A stretch of 64,000 nucleotides of DNA from Candidatus Daviesbacteria bacterium (GCA_028715175.1 JAQUSJ010000002.1:22285-86284), one strand, 5' to 3'; positions 26,871 through 36,859 are shown, counted from the stretch's first letter. Numbers and translations: made by a program. Notes: generated by a model not told the origin, from the letters alone.

Positions 26871-28460
26871 TTAGGTTGGATTAGAGTAGTTCCTTTCATC
26901 GTCAGCGTTGACCGTAATTGTCTGTCCGGTAGCGCGGGTAATGGTGTAAGTGGCCATCACCCAGGTAGCTCCGTTCAAGCCCTGCGCCACAATAGTTACA
27001 CCCGCATCGGTTCCTGCCGTGCGGCCACCCTGCACATTGTTGTCATAGTCGAAATCAAAGGCGATACTTGAAGCCGTAATCTGTCCGGTAATATCCGCAG
27101 AGGAGTTGTTCTTCACAATAATGGCAGAAGATGAATCAAAGTTACCGCCGGGATTAGTGGTAAAGTACATAGTGTATTTTGTATCAGCATCCGGTTCTGA
27201 AACTAAGTTAGAGCTAAAGTTCATATTACCAGCTGCAACGAACGGAAATGCCCGTTCTGTTGAAGTAACAGGAAGTCCGGTATTTGCATTTACTCCGCCT
27301 CCATCTACTGTAATATCACGGAATTTTATTGAGTTGGTCGAGTTGGTATTGAAACCGCTGATGTATAGTCCGCCTTTTGTCTTTAACGTATCACCAACGT
27401 ATTCCAGCAAAAGTTCAGCGACATTACCTTTCTCAACTAATCCACTTCGTTGATTAACTGTCGTTGAATCGTTAGCATTTATATCAGTAGTTTTACGAAG
27501 TTGTCTTTGTGCCCAGTTATAAATTTGTGTGTCTGTTCCATTATTAGCAGTAAGCAAACGGTTAAAAGCGTAATAGTTAGAACCAATTTGAACTTCTCCG
27601 TCGTAAGCTACCCAATCAGTTACACCAATATCCGTTGCTCGAGTTGCGCCGTTTGATGTTCCTCCGGCTGCTGTAAAGAACCAACGTCCGGTGTCATCTT
27701 TTACTACCGAAGCGGCGGGATAAACTGTGCTGTTTGCATAAGTAGTGAAACCCTTACCCTTTAGATAGTTTATCTTCATGCCGTTATAGGGTGGTGAGGC
27801 AGCGTCAAGGGTAGCATCGGCAATTGTAATTTTTAAATCGGTTGAGTTGGATAGAGGTAATTTGTAAAGAACTGGCTCTAAAGCTGAAATAGATTGTTCT
27901 GTTAATAGATTATATTCCGCATATAATTTACCTGTGCCGGAACCTGAAGCAATACGCAGAAACAGCTTTAAGTAGCCTGTGTAGTCTACCGGGCCGGTGG
28001 CGTTATAGATCATGATGGCCTCGTTTAGGTTTCCGGTTTTATTAAAGTTAGTGACACTTTGGTTATAGCCGATGATATTTTGGTAGGTGGCTTGGTCAGT
28101 GGAGGCGTCAAAGTTCCCTAGGGAAACGATACCGGCGTATTTATCTCCGGTGATTTCTTCCCAGCCGGCATCCCTGATGACATTTCTGGTAGTGGCGTCT
28201 GTCCAATCCCAACCATTAATCAGAATGCCATCAGTTTTGGTAAACATCTTGATTGGGAACTTGAACTTATTGAGGGCAGCATCAGTTTTCCACTCTTCCT
28301 TCAGGAAGGAGTAAACTGCCTGGAGGGTAACACCGGAAGTTGAACCTGGGGAGGCGTTACTTACATTACCGGTAGTAATGATCTGGATTTTTTTTGTCGT
28401 CGTATTAATAACGACATCAGTAGTTTGGGCTAGTCCGTCTGGGTCAACAATTTTTGCCAT
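26871..28460 (-). CDS. T/N/G-rich hypothetical protein, phage-structural-like
   Basis: 529 aa, beta-rich composition, no signal peptide, ends YSNPT. Confidence 0.75.
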   Translation of the reverse strand: MAKIVDPDGLAQTTDVVINTTTKKIQIITTGNVSNASPGSTSGVTLQAVYSFLKEEWKTDAALNKFKFPIKMFTKTDGILINGWDWTDATTRNVIRDAGWEEITGDKYAGIVSLGNFDASTDQATYQNIIGYNQSVTNFNKTGNLNEAIMIYNATGPVDYTGYLKLFLRIASGSGTGKLYAEYNLLTEQSISALEPVLYKLPLSNSTDLKITIADATLDAASPPYNGMKINYLKGKGFTTYANSTVYPAASVVKDDTGRWFFTAAGGTSNGATRATDIGVTDWVAYDGEVQIGSNYYAFNRLLTANNGTDTQIYNWAQRQLRKTTDINANDSTTVNQRSGLVEKGNVAELLLEYVGDTLKTKGGLYISGFNTNSTNSIKFRDITVDGGGVNANTGLPVTSTERAFPFVAAGNMNFSSNLVSEPDADTKYTMYFTTNPGGNFDSSSAIIVKNNSSADITGQITASSIAFDFDYDNNVQGGRTAGTDAGVTIVAQGLNGATWVMATYTITRATGQTITVNADDERNYSNPT

Positions 28461-28521
28461 AATTTCTCTTTATATTAATAATTGTCATAATTTAAACAAC
28501 TAGTCAATATATCAAATTTTT

Positions 28522-28536
28522 AGGGGTTGAACCCCT
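28522..28536. repeat. REP palindrome AGGGGTTGAACCCCT
   Basis: Exact copy with an extended TTT/AAA stem. Confidence 0.85.
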
Positions 28537-28553
28537 AAAGCCTTTAAAAACCT

Positions 28554-30137
28554 TTAGGGGTTTGAGTAGAAGGGATCAGTATCCAGCTGGACAGTTAAGG
28601 TGGTGTTTGAACTTGGGAGGGCGTAGTTATTAACTGTTTTAGATTGATAACCAGTAACATTATGAATATTGATATAAGTAGTAGTTCCTGCGCCGGAAGA
28701 ATAAGAATAAGTAGTAGAACCGTCGGTGATATTGTCTTCTGTAAAAAGAACTGATTCATCAGACGCTTTCACCACAGTCACCTCACAGTTTGCAGTTACT
28801 GCATTTCCATCGGCATCAACAATATTAATGATTAAATTTACCGAACTGGCCACCGTGGTAGTTGCCCCTGTTCCGTTACGATAAGAAATTACTCCACTCC
28901 CGCCTGAATAGTTAATAATAACCTCTCCGCTGGAATTATTATAGATAACCTCATTGCCGGTTGAACCATTGGAGGCGGCGTAACCAGTAAAGGTGTTGCC
29001 GGAGAATGAATATGTTCCGGCAGTATTTATCTCTATGGCATGATTTGAACCATCAGAAACAAAAGTGCAATTGGAAATATTGGTCAGGTTATTAGATAAG
29101 ATTGAAGCTGATGCTGTTGAATTTTCAAACCTGCAACCAGTGAATACCGCTCCGCCTTGAGTAACTAAGCCGCACCTGCGAAAAATAGTTGTGAGGATTG
29201 TTGAGTTAGACTGGAATACAAAAGTGTCCATATCGCTAAAGGTGCAGGTATCGAAGTTAACATCGGCATTATCGGTAACAGTAAGTTTGCCCTTGGAAGT
29301 CGTTCCTAAAGCGGTGATTTGGATATTTGTCCAATCAATCCTGCTGCTGGCATTTCTAATTTCAAACTCATTAAATCCCGATGTGACTCTGATGGTATCT
29401 TGAATAGTGATGGTCCTATTTGAATCCCTAAAATCAACTGCTGTTCCTGAAGTTCCCATTAAAAATAAACCTTGCTGAAGATATCCGCCAGCAATGACTT
29501 GGAAAAGTCCCCATCGATTATAGCCGTCCGTGGCATCATTGGCATCGTTTTTAGTTGCTGCTCCGGCAAAAGTAGCATAATTACTTGTTTCTCCACCTGT
29601 GACTTGTAAAAGTCTACCAAAGCGGATAGCATCAGTTCCAAATGGATTTCCTTTAGAAATAGTCACTAAGGTTTTAGCAACAGTGCCGAAATATTGTAAC
29701 GTTGAAGTAGGCGAGCCTTGAGTTGCCTGACTGGATACTGAAGGGTCAACAGCAACACAGAACCAGCCACCATAAGTATATGTATTGCTACCTTTGACAT
29801 ACCAAGCATTATAATTGCTTGAATCACTTCCCACGATAACACGAAGTCCTCCGTTTGCCTGCGAATCCAGAGTATTGGGACAGGCAAAAAATATCCAGAC
29901 AAAAACTGCAGCCGGGCTGGTAATTGTTTGTGGCGAGGCGGCAAGCGTTCCCATTCCGCCGATACCTCCGCCAGCAATAGCCATTGTTTTAGAAAAGCAA
30001 TATGACTTTTGAATAAAATAATCAGTTTCTGCCGAAGGCACACCTCCTCCTGTTGCTCCAGCAGGCTCACCCCAGGTTTCACCGCTTTCAGCCTCGACAA
30101 TATTTGTTAAATCTGTAGTATAACTAGGTGTTGCCAT
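28554..30137 (-). CDS. Beta-helix-like hypothetical protein
   Basis: Periodic FDTCTF, FTGCRF, ISNCTF, FSGNTF motifs; no signal peptide; ends YSNP. Confidence 0.75.
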   Translation of the reverse strand: MATPSYTTDLTNIVEAESGETWGEPAGATGGGVPSAETDYFIQKSYCFSKTMAIAGGGIGGMGTLAASPQTITSPAAVFVWIFFACPNTLDSQANGGLRVIVGSDSSNYNAWYVKGSNTYTYGGWFCVAVDPSVSSQATQGSPTSTLQYFGTVAKTLVTISKGNPFGTDAIRFGRLLQVTGGETSNYATFAGAATKNDANDATDGYNRWGLFQVIAGGYLQQGLFLMGTSGTAVDFRDSNRTITIQDTIRVTSGFNEFEIRNASSRIDWTNIQITALGTTSKGKLTVTDNADVNFDTCTFSDMDTFVFQSNSTILTTIFRRCGLVTQGGAVFTGCRFENSTASASILSNNLTNISNCTFVSDGSNHAIEINTAGTYSFSGNTFTGYAASNGSTGNEVIYNNSSGEVIINYSGGSGVISYRNGTGATTTVASSVNLIINIVDADGNAVTANCEVTVVKASDESVLFTEDNITDGSTTYSYSSGAGTTTYINIHNVTGYQSKTVNNYALPSSNTTLTVQLDTDPFYSNP

Positions 30138-30161
30138 AATTTTAGGGATTCAATTCAACCC

Positions 30162-30812
30162 CTAATGTTCGATAATTACATTTTTAATTTTATGCAATTC
30201 TTTTGCATAATCTATCTGGTCTTCATGAAATGATTTCATTGCCTCCTGTGAAGGAAAATAGGATAATATCTCATTTTTGGAACAGCTAAATTCTGTATCT
30301 TTTCCTAGATAATCAGGATAACTTGACCAGGAATAATTATCCGGATTTTGAGTAAGTTCGGAAGAAACAGGATTTAAGTGAATATATCTGACAAGATGAA
30401 CAAATAAATTATCCGAAATCACAGAAACAGCTTTAAATCTACCCTGCATTAGCCCTCCAACTCTTTTATATTTTTGATTAAAAAAAAGAGTATAAGCATT
30501 GGTGATTTGCTTCATAAGTTTGGATATACCATTCTTGGTTTTTTGCTTAAGTAACAGGTGAAAGTGATTCGGCATGAGGCAGTATGCTATTAACTCTACT
30601 TCTTCAGATAAATTTTTGCTATATAGGCGCAAAGGTAAATCTGGATATTTTTTTAATACTTCTTTAAGAGGCCGGAGGTAAATAAAAAGGTATGCTTGGA
30701 AGAAATGATAATCTTTATCATCCAAAAAAATATCCCTTTTTTCTACGCCCCTGTTAAAAACATGATAATAAGAGTCTTCTGTGAAGCTTCTCACAACATA
30801 CTTGGATGGCAT
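30162..30812 (-). mobile_element. REP-associated tyrosine transposase (RAYT, Y1 HUH)
   Basis: YYHVFNRG, YCLMPNHFHLL (HUH), RYIHLNP (catalytic Tyr), WSSY; REPs at 30142-30165 (degenerate) and 30847-30861. Confidence 0.92.
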
Positions 30813-30846
30813 AGAAACAGCTTATCATACTTTATCGAAGAAATAA

Positions 30847-30861
30847 AGGGGTTGAACCCCT
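30847..30861. repeat. REP palindrome AGGGGTTGAACCCCT
   Basis: Exact copy just upstream of the RAYT gene. Confidence 0.85.
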
Positions 30862-30869
30862 TTTATTTA

Positions 30870-31337
30870 TTATAAATCGTCGTTATCTTCTTTAGTAAAA
30901 GCATCATAGGGACCTTCTGTAAGGCTTTTATGAGCTTTCTTGGTAAACCCGATTAGTATATAAATAATTGCCGGAATAAGCAGTATCGCTCCGGTAAGAG
31001 CAAGCGAAATGGACCACTCAAGCGGAATTACTCTGGAATTTGAGGCCACATCCTGCAGGGCATAAAGTTGAATTAATGCTGCCAGAACAAAAAGAATTGC
31101 TCCTTTTGTCAATTTGCTAAGGTGTAAAAATGATAAAAACCAAAGCGGGGCCATAATCAGAGCAATACTTTTAATAATGATAGAGGTGGTGGTAAAAGTG
31201 TATTTTGATAAGATGTCGGGATCAAAAAAGTGGTATGGGGTTGCAAGCCTAAGCTTTAAAGGATTAACCACGGCATCAAGTACATAGGCAAAAATCAAAA
31301 GCCCTATTATGATAACCAGAATATATTCCTGTTTCAT
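30870..31337 (-). CDS. Four-TM membrane protein
   Basis: Four hydrophobic segments. Confidence 0.75.
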   Translation of the reverse strand: MKQEYILVIIIGLLIFAYVLDAVVNPLKLRLATPYHFFDPDILSKYTFTTTSIIIKSIALIMAPLWFLSFLHLSKLTKGAILFVLAALIQLYALQDVASNSRVIPLEWSISLALTGAILLIPAIIYILIGFTKKAHKSLTEGPYDAFTKEDNDDL

Positions 31338-31340
31338 CGT

Positions 31341-32180
31341 TTAATCAAAGATAGCATCGAAGTAGCCATAAGTCAAATCTTTACGTTTTGGCCAGCCAGT
31401 ATCCGCATCAGTAAAGCCTGATGCCCCTTTTTTATATCTATAGTTTCCAGAACCGTCATCCTTCATGATAAACCAGGCCCCATCTTTATTAAGATAGCCA
31501 AAGTAAGTGTTGGGAGCATCGGAAGTTTCATCCATCTGGGTAATTTTGTAACCGTCGGTAGGTTGTTTCTGTGCAGGATTAATTTGTACACCACTAATAT
31601 CTTTTAAGGCAACAGTTCCCGGTCCTGGCACACTGCCAAAAAAGGCTGCCTGGGCTTTTTTGGCAAATATGGAAAATAAGAATAAAGATAATCCAGCCGC
31701 ACTGATAAGTTTAAGAAACTGTCTTCTGTCAACATCTATCCTTGGAAGCTTTGTTGGTTCATCTTCATGTTTAACTTTTCTTTTAAGTTGTTTTAGTTTC
31801 TTTGGTTCAAGTATGATAGCGGGAATATTAATAGCCTGTCTTTTCTTAGGCAGTACTTGTAGAATAAAGTAGCCCGCAAGAGGTAAAAAGATAATACCAC
31901 TTATCATCTGGGAGATATTTTTGGCTCCAACCAGACCGCTGATAGTCATAATTGCTACAACAATAAAGCCATAGTAAAGATCCAAAGTGCTTAATGGTTT
32001 TTGAAATGGAAATGAAAAACGGTAACCATTTATCTTTCCCAAGAATAAACTAAGAAAATAAACAGTTATTGGAAGGAAAAGTACCAAGGGAATAACCGAG
32101 GCTGTTTGGGCGCTGAATGCTGCGCCAAGTGTGAGTAAAATAACCAGCAATAGACAGTAATAAAAAAGCAGATTTTTCAT
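31341..32180 (-). CDS. Polytopic membrane protein with an internal twin-arginine signal
   Basis: Four TM helices, a basic loop, then DRRQFLK, a hydrophobic stretch and AQA, then a soluble C-terminal domain. Confidence 0.8.
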   Translation of the reverse strand: MKNLLFYYCLLLVILLTLGAAFSAQTASVIPLVLFLPITVYFLSLFLGKINGYRFSFPFQKPLSTLDLYYGFIVVAIMTISGLVGAKNISQMISGIIFLPLAGYFILQVLPKKRQAINIPAIILEPKKLKQLKRKVKHEDEPTKLPRIDVDRRQFLKLISAAGLSLFLFSIFAKKAQAAFFGSVPGPGTVALKDISGVQINPAQKQPTDGYKITQMDETSDAPNTYFGYLNKDGAWFIMKDDGSGNYRYKKGASGFTDADTGWPKRKDLTYGYFDAIFD

Positions 32181-32692
32181 TCTTTAGGCCCGCTATCCGC
32201 TACTTCCTTCAGAAACCTTCCAGCTACCCATCCGTTGGTTTCTGTTTTTGGTAAAACAATTTGATACCAACTCCCCTCTTTTTTAAGATAGCGGTAAACT
32301 TTATCAAATTCGATTTTACCGATTACTTTGGAAGAATAAGAATTGCTTTCATAAACATCTACACTTTGCCATTTTTTATCATTGATGGTAACAAAGCCGG
32401 ATAGAATTTTGGAGCTGTCTGATGCCTCTTTGCTGCTGCCCAACACCTTTGTGCCTACAGTGTTAGTCGTTTCCGGTTTTAAACTATCCACTTTTTGGTC
32501 GGTTTCTTTTTGCGACTGCTGATAGGCTGCGATTTTTCCCAATTCCTGTTTCAAATTGTTAATAGCGCTTTCGGCTTTTTTATTTTGTTCCGCAGTACCC
32601 CTTATCGATGTAAAGGTAATAATGAGCAGAATTGTTGTTACCGAAGCTGTATATATTATTAGTAATCTAATTAGCTTTTGCATAAGTATCAA
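32177..32692 (-). CDS. Membrane-anchored SH3b-domain protein
   Basis: N-terminal TM, coiled coil, C-terminal WYQI...GWVAGRF. Confidence 0.78.
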   Translation of the reverse strand: MILMQKLIRLLIIYTASVTTILLIITFTSIRGTAEQNKKAESAINNLKQELGKIAAYQQSQKETDQKVDSLKPETTNTVGTKVLGSSKEASDSSKILSGFVTINDKKWQSVDVYESNSYSSKVIGKIEFDKVYRYLKKEGSWYQIVLPKTETNGWVAGRFLKEVADSGPKE

Positions 32693-32701
32693 AATATTAT
32701 A

Positions 32702-33124
32702 TCAGACAATATTGCTGACGAATGTTCCAAAAAGGTTATGCCAGTAGCTAAAACTTAATATTTGTATAATACCCTTTTTTTGCATTAAAGTAGCGTTCAT
32801 CGCCTCCCTTAGGGCGATTTGACGGTCCCTGTTTACCCTGAGCATCCTATGAATAGTAATCAAATCAGCCTTTTGAGGCAGAAGAATTTCTATATCCGAT
32901 TGAAGGCTAGCCTGCAGGAAATCCAAAGCCACGGATTGACCAATTTCTCTGCTAAGTGCTACATAGGTTTCAACTACATTCTGATAGCTTGTATAAAGCT
33001 GATAACCTAACCTGGCCAGATTCTCCATGGATTGAACTGCCTTTTGATGGTTTGTATCGGACCGGTCAATAAAACTTACCAGAACCGAAGAATCAATAAA
33101 AATTTTTCTGCTTTGAATAGCCAT
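32702..33124 (-). CDS. PIN-domain protein (VapC-like)
   Basis: IFIDSSVLVS...DTNHQKA...VVET; the later acidic residues look degenerate. Confidence 0.8.
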   Translation of the reverse strand: MAIQSRKIFIDSSVLVSFIDRSDTNHQKAVQSMENLARLGYQLYTSYQNVVETYVALSREIGQSVALDFLQASLQSDIEILLPQKADLITIHRMLRVNRDRQIALREAMNATLMQKKGIIQILSFSYWHNLFGTFVSNIV

Positions 33125-33213
33125 AATTAGTTATTAGTACGCTCGCTTCGCTCGCTGGTAGTTCATAGTTCATAGTATTTTCTACGAGCTACCAACTCAT
33201 AACTACGAGCTCA
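33125..33213. repeat. Heptamer-arm element of the TAGTT/CTACNAA family
   Basis: TAGTTCA units facing CTACGAG/CTACCAA units; fills the HTH-PIN spacer; nested CGCTCGCTTCGCTCGC. Confidence 0.7.
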
Positions 33214-33495
33214 TTACGAACTTTCTAGCTTGCTCATATTCATTCCTATTCCTTTAAGCCTTAAAAGTGGATCGTTAAAATTAAATGTTTTGGTTTGGAT
33301 TGCAGTTTGAACTCTAACTTGTTTGGTATGTGGAATAAAATCCTGGGTAAAAGCTCGTAGATCATTTAGAGCTATTCTGACATTTCCACCTACCCGGACG
33401 GCTTTTAACTTACCTTCTTTGATGTAGCGCCTTACTGTTAAAGGATGTACTTTTAATGCTATAGCTGCCTGATTAACAGTATAAAATTCTTCCAT
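33214..33495 (-). CDS. Excisionase-family helix-turn-helix protein
   Basis: YTVNQAAIALKVHPLTVRRYIKEGKLKAVRVGGNVRI. Confidence 0.88.
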   Translation of the reverse strand: MEEFYTVNQAAIALKVHPLTVRRYIKEGKLKAVRVGGNVRIALNDLRAFTQDFIPHTKQVRVQTAIQTKTFNFNDPLLRLKGIGMNMSKLESS

Positions 33496-33650
33496 AGTCT
33501 ATTATGTAATCTTATACAAGTATATACATAGATATACATAACTTGTCAAGTGTTGACATTATATGAAATATTGTAGAACAATGAATTCATACTAGTTTTT
33601 AGAAATATTTGTCTGCTAAAACTAGTCAGAAGGAAGGGGGGTGATTTTGC

Positions 33651-33797
33651 ATGTTAAGTGGCATAGGCACAACTGAAATTGTTGTCGTAGGCCTGATCTT
33701 ATTGGTCTTATTCGGCGGCAAGAAACTACCCGAACTCGCAAGAGGTATGGGAAGCTCTATAAAAGAATTCCGAAAAGCAGCCAATGAGGATGCTTAA
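33651..33797 (+). CDS. tatA: Twin-arginine translocase subunit TatA (missed by the ORF track)
   Basis: [43 protein letters not shown]; strong SD GGAAGGGGGGTGA. Confidence 0.92.
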   Translation: MLSGIGTTEIVVVGLILLVLFGGKKLPELARGMGSSIKEFRKAANEDA

Positions 33798-33802
33798 ATC
33801 TT

Positions 33803-36800
33803 ATGGTAACTGCCCAATTTGCAAAAAAGGCATATTTGGCAATTATTCTAACTGTTGCAGCCTTAGTGTTTGTCAAAAGCACTGAGGCTGCTTCAGGTAA
33901 TACCCAAGTATGCAGTCCAGGTAGTAGCTGCAGTGTTGGAGAGTTCCTTTATGATGATTCTTATTCCCCAATTACTACTGCAACATGTACTATCACCAGC
34001 CGTTATCCTGACGAAACTCTATTTTTGGACTCGGTAGCAATGACCTCATCGACGAAAAATGACGGTTGGTACTCTAAAGATTTTACAGCACCTGCTACTA
34101 CCGGAATATATAGAACCCAAGTCTGCTGTACTCCTCTCGGCGGTGATAAACTTTGCCTGGATAAGACTTTTGAAGTCAAAACAGAGTCAACTTTAACTTC
34201 CGGTGACGTAACAAGTGCTGTTTGGGATACCACCAGAAGTGCCCATATTTCTTCCGGCAGTTTTGGTGAAGCACTTGTAAACGCGGTGCCTTCGGTCAAT
34301 GATGTTGCCGGTGCTGTTTGGGGATATTCCGGCAGAACCCTGAGCACCTTTGGCAGTTTAATTACCGATATCTGGACTAACCCAACCAGAACATTGAGCG
34401 GTTTTGGCACTTTAGTTGCCGATGTCTGGGCAAACGCCACCAGGACTTTAACAGGAGCTACCCTTTCAAGTGGATCTTTAGCCACCAAAAGCAATGTTGA
34501 TTCGGTTGCATCCGATGTCAGTAGTACCAAATCTGATGTCACTACTGTCAAAAGCGACGTCAGCACTATCAAATCCGATGTATCCGATCTTAAAACAGAT
34601 ATTTCCAGTCTCAAGAGTACATCAAGCACAACCAACATTACCAATATCCAAAACACTACCAACACAACCAATAATTTACTTGAACAGCTTATTAACAGGC
34701 CAATTATTGAGAATGAATTAGAAGAAAGTAATGTTACCACTACGGAATTGCAAACCAAACTTGAAAAATCCGACAGCCTGGCAAACCAGCTATTGACTTC
34801 CAGCGGATATGTCAAAAGCAAAACCAGTTTACTCAAAGCCAGGTGGAATAGCTTGGGGGAAGATGAGATTACAAAATCTTTGGGCCAGCTTGAGGCTGTA
34901 GTAGGCAAAGAAGATGAAACATCAGAGGCAAATTCTATATTCGGCCAATTAAATTGGATTACCGGGCAATGGGATTTACCCATCTCCTCTAAATTGTATG
35001 TTCAAAATAAAAAAATTGCCTTATCGCTCAAGAAAGTAAATTCGGCTCAACAGCTTAAGGTTTTGTCATCAGATTTGGATAATTTTATTAAATTGGTGGG
35101 TACTCAAAGCGATAGCCCAAAATCAAACACTTTGTTTGGTGCTCTAAAAGGTCAAAAAGAGCTTTTGTCCTTTCTTGATAGAAATTATACGGATGCAACT
35201 ACGTTGCTGTCAGATCTTACAAAAAATTCCAAGCCCCAAACAGACCTGGTAGGACAAATAAACAGCTTAAGCAAACAGGTTGCAACAGTAAACCAGTTGC
35301 CAAAGATGAATAAAACCATTTTAGCGGAGGCGGCTAATACTAAAATGGATCAAAAACAGCTTAAAAACAAAGCCCTTAGTTTAAGAGGGGTCGTTCAAGC
35401 AAACAGGCAATTACTTGCTCAAGGTCCAAATCAGCCTTTAAGCAGTCTGTGGCTGGAAGAAGGAAGCATTGTTTTTAAAACTCTAATCAGTAATCCTTCC
35501 AAATCAATCAGCCAAAAGATTCCACTTAAATATTATCTGCCAAAAGAAGTGACAAAAGAGAATATTACCAAAACGGACGAAGGATTAACTGTAAACTATG
35601 ATATGGAAAAAGACCAATATTTTGTCAGTGGAAATTTCACCATTGATCCAGGAGAAACCAAAACTCTTGCTGTAACTGTTGATGATTCTGCATTTTACAT
35701 AAATGATGCTGAAATCGCCACCATGCGCAAACAAGTAGAAGAATTATCAAAACCTCTTAATAATACTGCCTATTTTGCCCAGGGGGTAACTCTCAAAACC
35801 GATATAGATGCTTCTTTGGATAAAGTGGACAGTTTGCAAAAAAATAATACTACACCTGAGGCAAGAATCCGAAGCTACAGGGAAGCTCAAATTGAGTATA
35901 AGGTAGCCAAGGAAAAGCTGGAAAAATTAAAAGAGTTGGCTACCAGCGCCGGTTCTGTGGGCACATTATTTGGTTTTGTAGGTGGAGCGCAAACTTTGGC
36001 AGTTTGGGGATTAATCATTATCATGACAGCCGGATTTGTATTTTTAGCCTTATATATGCGCACTTTAAAGACAAACGAGCTTTACTTGGACCAAAGAAAC
36101 CAAAAACTTACTCCGATTGTAGACAGTTTTGAAAATTATGAAGAAACTCTAAATGAGGAAAAACCTCAACCTCTCCTCCACCCTAAAAAAAGATTTTATT
36201 TGGGCAAGCCAGTTCATTTAGCAGTAGTTATCATAGCAGTATGTATTATAGGAGGCGGCAGTGTATATGCCCTTGGGACTCTACGACAGAGACAAGTAAG
36301 GCATGAGATTGCACAAACAACTCCTCAAGGAGTGCTGGGAAGTTCTAACGAAAATATTGCTTCGGATTCATCCCGATTAGATCAGGATTCATACAGAGAG
36401 GTAACTATTCTGGTGCCGGATGACAGCACAGTAACTATACAATCCCAACCTTCCATAAACTCGCCTGTTTTAACCTCTTTAAAGGCCTCAAAAAAGGCAA
36501 AAGAGATCAAGCGAGAGGATATCTGGGTAAAAGTAGCTTTGCAAGATTCTGAAGCTAAATTTATTGAAGGCTGGGTAGATGGGGATTTTGTGGAAGAGGT
36601 TGAAAAGAAACAAAGCTTAGATTCTGATGAAGAACAAAAACCGCAAGGCGGTTTATTAGAAAACCAAAAAATAGTGGTTATAAATAATACTCCCACTGGA
36701 TTTTTAAGAGTCAGGAAGACGCCCGAGGGTGAAGAAATTACCAAGATAAGTCCGGGAGAACAGTATAATTTAGTTAAAGAAACGATAGGATGGGTGCAGA

Positions 36801-36856
36801 TTGTTTTGGAAGACGGTACTTCGGGCTGGGTATCCAAACAATATATCAGCTTCTAG
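33803..36856 (+). CDS. Large surface protein: signal peptide, Cys-rich head, VW repeats, coiled coil, two TMs, two SH3b domains
   Basis: TEA|A cleavage site; VWD/VWG/IWT/VWA repeats; SDVSSTK-type heptads; two late TMs; WVKV...GWV and WVQI...GWVS. Confidence 0.82.
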   Translation: MVTAQFAKKAYLAIILTVAALVFVKSTEAASGNTQVCSPGSSCSVGEFLYDDSYSPITTATCTITSRYPDETLFLDSVAMTSSTKNDGWYSKDFTAPATTGIYRTQVCCTPLGGDKLCLDKTFEVKTESTLTSGDVTSAVWDTTRSAHISSGSFGEALVNAVPSVNDVAGAVWGYSGRTLSTFGSLITDIWTNPTRTLSGFGTLVADVWANATRTLTGATLSSGSLATKSNVDSVASDVSSTKSDVTTVKSDVSTIKSDVSDLKTDISSLKSTSSTTNITNIQNTTNTTNNLLEQLINRPIIENELEESNVTTTELQTKLEKSDSLANQLLTSSGYVKSKTSLLKARWNSLGEDEITKSLGQLEAVVGKEDETSEANSIFGQLNWITGQWDLPISSKLYVQNKKIALSLKKVNSAQQLKVLSSDLDNFIKLVGTQSDSPKSNTLFGALKGQKELLSFLDRNYTDATTLLSDLTKNSKPQTDLVGQINSLSKQVATVNQLPKMNKTILAEAANTKMDQKQLKNKALSLRGVVQANRQLLAQGPNQPLSSLWLEEGSIVFKTLISNPSKSISQKIPLKYYLPKEVTKENITKTDEGLTVNYDMEKDQYFVSGNFTIDPGETKTLAVTVDDSAFYINDAEIATMRKQVEELSKPLNNTAYFAQGVTLKTDIDASLDKVDSLQKNNTTPEARIRSYREAQIEYKVAKEKLEKLKELATSAGSVGTLFGFVGGAQTLAVWGLIIIMTAGFVFLALYMRTLKTNELYLDQRNQKLTPIVDSFENYEETLNEEKPQPLLHPKKRFYLGKPVHLAVVIIAVCIIGGGSVYALGTLRQRQVRHEIAQTTPQGVLGSSNENIASDSSRLDQDSYREVTILVPDDSTVTIQSQPSINSPVLTSLKASKKAKEIKREDIWVKVALQDSEAKFIEGWVDGDFVEEVEKKQSLDSDEEQKPQGGLLENQKIVVINNTPTGFLRVRKTPEGEEITKISPGEQYNLVKETIGWVQIVLEDGTSGWVSKQYISF

Positions 36857-36859
36857 CTT

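Noticed and set aside
25783-33495. Intact prophage
   Set aside because: No integrase, terminase, portal, capsid or lysis genes are recognisable, and I found no bracketing att repeats.
34003-34983. 326-aa antisense ORF
   Set aside because: It is a shadow of the S/T-rich repeat region of the 1017-aa gene and has no independent motif.
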